A stretch of 64,000 nucleotides of DNA from NCBI RefSeq assembly GCF_009914755.1, contig NC_060925.1; one strand, written 5' to 3'. Position numbers and translations under genes: made by a program. Of this stretch, positions 57,331 through 64,000 are shown in pieces (position 1 is the stretch's first letter; each line of letters starts with the position of its first letter). This DNA comes from the human T2T-CHM13v2.0 reference genome, Homo sapiens. The notes beneath the pieces are model-generated. The model had not been told where the DNA came from and made no database searches. It was given only the letters and a program-made list of their open reading frames with translations.

Positions 57331-59042
57331 GTTCAGTTTCAGGCATCTGGAAATTCCCCTCCTCATCCCCATCCATTTACTAATATTCAGTAAATATTTA
57401 TTGTGTACCTACTACTATGTACCATGAAATGGATAGCCAATGATGGATGAGACAGATAAGGAGGGTATAATTTAGTGGGTAGTTCAGATTAGAACCCGTC
57501 AGGTACAATGCTGTGTGTTCAGTCTGTGATAGAGGAAATACTGAGTGCCTTAGGAACCCAGAAGAAGGGTATCTACTGCAAAATGTCCTTGTACAGTCTA
57601 CTGTGGCTATACTGAACACTTCACCTTTCCATAAATGGAAAAGCCTTTCTATGCTTTTACACTACTGGACTTTTACACATGCTATTCCTGGTATCTAGAA
57701 TTCCCTCCCTTCAATTTTTTGCATAGGCAATTCTCACTCACCTCCAAAGACTCAGTTCACATGCTACTGCCACTTGCTCTGGGAAGCATTTCTCAGAGCA
57801 AGTAACACCTCTATGCTGTAGCTTGCAGAATGGGAGGGAGTTTAATTGTTGAAAGTAGTGGTGCACATGTCAGGAGAAAGTATTCTGAGTAGTGGTACAG
57901 CATGAGAAAATGGGCAGATGTAAGAGACAGCATAGTTTATTCAAGGAACTGAAAGGCACAGAAATAATAGGGTAGGAAGGTATACTTCTCTATGGGAAAA
58001 TAGATGGGGTTCGTTGTCATCCAGGGTTTGGGTAAAGAATGTAAAACATAAGTTGGGGCCTGATTAAGATTAAGATTAAGATTCTTAATTTTAGGTATAT
58101 TCAGTAGGCACCCTGAAAGGCAGTAAGAAGCAAGAATGACCTATTCCTCTTAGCAAGAAGGTACAAAGTAATGTCCAAAGATTTGATTGGGTTTCTTTAT
58201 ATTTTTGCCTATTTCATAGCTGTACTGTCTACTTTTTCTTTGTCCAAAAGGATACTAAATTATGTTTAGCTGTGCCTACCCAATTAAAGGGGGAGAACTG
58301 GAATGGAAACTTGTTAAGCCATTAGCAGAAAAAGTTCTTAAATATCAGTTATATATGAATCCTTAGGAAATGTGTGTGTATATACATACGCATATAATTT
58401 TTACAAAGACTTATACCTTCAACTTTTTAAAAAAACATATAGGATGTAAAATGTTACTTATTATCTACACTATAAACATTTTCAAATGCCATATTCATAA
58501 CTTGAAATTAGGAACATCTGTTTAAAATGGACTGATTACATATTAATTTAAGGACTAAATCAAGATTAATAAAATCACTCAGGAGTAGGAGCAACAGAAT
58601 TGATAGCAGGTATAAATATCTTAAGCCAAAATAATGATAACCTATATTAAGAAGAGGTAGGAATTTTTAGTGACTGGGTAGTGATAACGGATTTTAATAT
58701 GTAATTCGTTAGGCATCAAATGACTTCTCCAGTTGCTGACTTAACAACAAATCAAAGGCAAAGGCAAAATTAAAACACAAAATCTCCAATAAAGCAAAAA
58801 TACTAAGAAATCTAATGGACTCTCAAACTCAGTAGAGTACTAGGATATTTGACACAAGGTAAGAAATAAGATTATAATCATCCATTGAAAATTTATCTCT
58901 GCAAAAAAGAAACTATATAGAAAGACAGGTAATTGGATCACTATGATCTACTCTAACATAAAGTTTTAAGTTTATACATCATAGAGTTTATCCTTTGATT
59001 TTATAATGCTTTAAGAAAATATGTTGTGGTTAGATCCCTCTA

Positions 59043-59490
<448 letters not shown>

Positions 59491-59682
59491 AGTGGGGTAC
59501 AGAAATCTTTCAATATGTCCACTGAATAGCTCCTTTAAGGCTAACGTCCTGAAGCACACTGAACCGTTCTATAATAACAGGATTCACAAAGAAAACCAAG
59601 AGGATTCCTTGGCAATTTATGCTTTCTTTTACACCCAACCAAAAGGCTCATTTTTATGGGGTAGTTAACAAGGATAACTGGT

Positions 59683-59879
59683 ATATATGTGTGTATATAC
59701 ATGTATACATACATGTATATATATAATCACACAAGTAATCTTATATGTATAAGTGATTATATAAAAGATTATATAAAATGTCAAAGCATTTTTATTTTGT
59801 ATGTATCTATGTATAAAAGATTATATATATATATACTGTATACACACATATATAGACACACACACACACACACACACAC
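59683..59879. repeat. TA-rich low-complexity tract ending in (CA)n
   Basis: Direct reading. Confidence 0.85.
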
Positions 59880-59937
59880 CTCTTCTATTACCATCCTGCA
59901 GGAAAAACAATGAGGAGCATTAAATCATAACATGTTA

Positions 59938-60171
<234 letters not shown>

Positions 60172-60595
60172 TTAATTCAAAATAAATATAACTAAGACTC
60201 AGTGGGAAGGCTGGGAATGGAGTTCATAGCTGCTCTACCACAATCAACTTAAAAAATAATTGGTTTAGCTTGACCATGCACTCAGGGTTGTTAGAGGTAG
60301 GGTGGAATTACAAAGACAAGAATATGAAACTCTTGTTTTAGGGACCTTAGGTTAAAGTGAAGAGAGGAAATCAATCGGTTGATGGCATATCCATAAGCAG
60401 ATTATTCATCTGGTAGGTCATCCACATGGCTTTTAAAATTAAAACCATCAGTTCAGTTTCAGTTTCCCCACATTTTAAAACATTTTCTTAAATTCCCACA
60501 CTTAAACTTTTTTACATTTTAAAACATTTAAAAGTTTAAAGAATTTAAAAATTGTTTCAGTCAAAACATAATTTTAAAACAAAATTGTTAAGGCA

Positions 60596-61045
60596 CTTTT
60601 TTTTCTTTTCTCAATTTTTAGGTTTAGGGGGTACCTGTGCAGGTTTGTTACATGGGTAAATTGCATGTCACTGGGGTTTGGTGTACAGACACTTTCATCA
60701 CCCAGTTAGTGAGCATAGTACCTGATAGGTAGTTTTTTGATCCTTACCCTTCTCCCAACCTTCCCTCTTAAATAGGCCCCACTGTCTGTCATTCCCATCT
60801 TTATGCCCATGTTTACTCAGTGTTTAAATCCACTTATTAGTGAGAAAATGCAGCATTTGTTTTTCTGTTCCTGTGTTAGTTCGCTTAGGATAATGGCCTC
60901 CGCTGCATCCATGTGCTGCAAAGTATATGTTTTAGTTTTTCGTGGCTGCATAACATTCCGTAGTGTGTATGTACCACATTTTCTTTATCCAGTCCACCAC
61001 TAATGAGCAACTAGGTTGATTCCATTTCTTTGCTATCATGAATAG
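60596..61045 (-). mobile_element. Old L1PA/PB 3' end
   Basis: gtgcaggtttgttacatgggtaaattg 3' UTR. Confidence 0.85.
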
Positions 61046-61224
61046 AAAACACACATCTGAAGGTATATGTAAAGAATTTGTGAATTTTCTGACTTGTTTT
61101 ATTTTCAGTTCACCATTTTCTCTATTATCAGATAATAAAGATGGGGCAATATTGATTTAAAATAATGTAACTCATGCAAAGATAATTTTTAGACTGGGAA
61201 ATTCAAATGAACCATGGAACAAAA

Positions 61225-62360
61225 GGTAATGCTTTAAGAGAATAAAAAGAGAAGACACAGAGTTGGAGAAAATATCTGCAAAAGACATCTGTTAAAGGAC
61301 TATTACTCAAAATGTATGAAGAATTCTTAAAGCTCAATAACCAGAAAATAAAAACCTGATTAAAAAATGGGCATGAAACTTCAACAGACACTTCACCAAG
61401 GAAGAGATACAAATGGCAAATAAGCATATGAAAAGATGTTCAATATTATTTGTTATCCAGAAAATGCAGATTAAAACAACAAGATACCACTAGACACCTT
61501 ATAGAATGGAGAAAATCTAAAACAGAAAATAATGGTGAGGATATAGAGCAACAAGAACTTTCATTCATTACTGTGGGAATGCATAATGGTACAGCCAATT
61601 TGGAAGACGATTTGGTGGATTCTTCCAACATGAACATACTCTTACCCTATAATCCAAAAGTCACACTCCTTGGTGCTTACCCAAGGGAGTTGAAAACTTA
61701 TGTCCACACACAAACCTGTACACGAATATTTGTAGCACCTTTATTCACAATTGCCAAAAGCTGGAGGCAACCAAGATGTCCTTCAGTAGGTGGGTGGGAA
61801 AATAAAATTGTGGTACATCTAGACAATGTAATATTATTTAGTTTTCAAAAGAAATAAGCTATCAAGCCATGAAAAGACACACAGGAAACTTAAATGCATA
61901 TTACTAAATGAAAAAAGTCAATCTGAAAAGGCTACATAGTGTATAATTCCAACTACATGCTATTATGGAGAAAGCAAAAGTATGGACACAGTAAAAAGAT
62001 CAGTGATTATCAGGGATTAGGAAGGAGGGAGAGATGAATAGACAGAGCACAGATTTTCAGGGCAGTGAAACTACTCTGTATGATAGTATAATGGTAGACA
62101 CATGCCATTATACATTTGTTCAAACCCTTAGAATGCACAACACCAAGGGTAATGTAAACTTTAGACTCTGGGTGATAATGATATGTTAATGTAGGTTCAT
62201 CAACTGTAACAAATGTACCGCTCTGGGTGAGGCATGTTAATAGTGGAGGAGGCTGGACATGTGTACAGGAAGAGGGCATTGAGAAATCTCTGTAACTTCT
62301 GTTCAATTTCATCATGAACCTAAAACTGCTATAAAAAATAAAGTCTGGTAAAGAAAAAAG
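61225..62360 (+). mobile_element. L1MC-like ORF2 end and 3' UTR
   Basis: Peptide KTYVHTQTCTRIFVAPLFTIAKSWRQPRCPS. Confidence 0.85.
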
Positions 62361-62420
62361 ATAACGCTTAATATCCATTAGGGTTCAGTTCAGGAAAATA
62401 GGCAACTTCATGCACTATTA

Positions 62421-62732
<312 letters not shown>

Positions 62733-62784
62733 TTAGGATGCCACATTAAGCTCCTCGACAAGATGGTTACACAATGCTGCACAG

Positions 62785-63047
62785 AAACAAACACACGAAC
62801 AGAAAACCAAACACTGCATGTTCTCACTTAGGAATGGCAGCTAAACATTGAGCACACATGAACACAAAGAAGAGAACAATAGACACCAGGGCTACTTGAG
62901 GGTGGGAGGAGGGTGAGGACCAAAAACTACCTGCCGAGTACTCTGTTTATTACCTAGGTGATAAAATAATATGCATACCAAAGCCCTGCGATACACAATT
63001 TACCTATAGAACCAACCTGAATAGATATCCCTGAAACGAAAATAAAA
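62785..63047 (+). mobile_element. Short old L1PA 3' end
   Basis: gcatgttctcactta...ggtgataaaataat. Confidence 0.8.
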
Positions 63048-63983
63048 AGGCAGCATAGAATATAAAACCAGGGAGAGGAAATGCTTAGAGATGTCACCTC
63101 TATAAAAGAATGCCTAAGGAAATAAAGTAATGGTGGAATTCCAGGCATGAATGGCAGGTAGACCAAGGAGGTATTTACAGGCCTTCTAGTCACATTTCAA
63201 ACTCAATTTCAGAAGAGAAAATGAACTGGCTGAGGCAATGTATGCCTATAATCAATGTTATGATTCATCAAATGATATAATTAATGTTAAATGGTTTTGC
63301 AACTTATAAAAATTATGTTATAGTAGCTATTATTATTGTGGTCGTTAATAAAAATTTTTCCAACAACGCATTCTCTTTTTTAGTGTTTGGACTCATTTCC
63401 CTTCTTTTTGTTTTAAAAAAATTGGCTATTTCCTTTCAATTTGGATTGAGCTATCATCCCTCAAAATTGACAGAACTAGGAGAAAATATTGAATTTACTA
63501 CGAATCACCTGAAACTTATACGCATTGTATGCATATGCAAATCTTAGTAAGAGCTACAATAGGTGGATATTGGAAGCAGGTCCCAAACTCTGTGCTCCAG
63601 AGCTACACCAGAAAAATGCTGTAAACTCACAGAATGCACTTGGCTTCTGGGATAACAAGGTGTGCTGTAATGAATATTATTAATTAATTGCTTATTGCAG
63701 TTACTATTACTATTTACCAATTGTATGGAAGTATTTTAATATTTTAACAACTGGAATGGTCATATTAGCATGTACCAGCTAAACCCTTGACTGGCCTATG
63801 CCTTGTAGAGTCAATTATAATAGAAGAAAGTGTGAAGTCTGAAAATGCTGACTGTGGCACCTAAATGTATTGTGGGGGACAGAATAACACTCTCGCCTAT
63901 CAAACTCAGGAGTAGAGGGCCCCTGGTTATCTGAAATGCATTATTATGTTTCCAATCATTAACCAGTTGCTTTCAAAATGTAC

Positions 63984-64000
63984 CTTTTTCAAACATTGTC
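63984..64000 (-). CDS. SPAG17: SPAG17 coding exon, 3' end only (..TMFEK-G)
   Basis: Minus strand reads G ACA ATG TTT GAA AAA G|gtacat; the phase-1 donor matches the phase-1 acceptor of the next exon. Confidence 0.75.

Overview
Primate (very probably human) genomic DNA covering a 3'-central part of SPAG17 (sperm-associated antigen 17, the PF6 orthologue of the ciliary central pair) on the minus strand. I traced 21 complete coding exons (2,838 nt, 946 codons) plus the last 17 nt of an upstream exon. All have GT-AG junctions and compatible phases and splice into one open frame (...TMFEKGPTFIKV...NLTKSPE); neither gene end is in the window. The introns are mostly transposon relics: Alus, L2/MIR, MaLR and ERV LTRs, MER53/MER58/MER5 and old L1s, including a 6.1-kb full-length but dead L1PA in gene-sense orientation. 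I found no evidence for a wholly new biological system. The best second-look items are a long antisense ORF running from the L1 5' UTR (ORF0-like region) into intron sequence, a poly(A)-only retrotransposition scar, a probable L1 3' transduction with a ~50-bp flanking duplication, a 188-bp locally templated insertion inside an Alu, a possible decayed exon and a perfect 16-bp hairpin. Gene identity and repeat subfamilies come from my recall of the protein and consensus sequences, not from a search.
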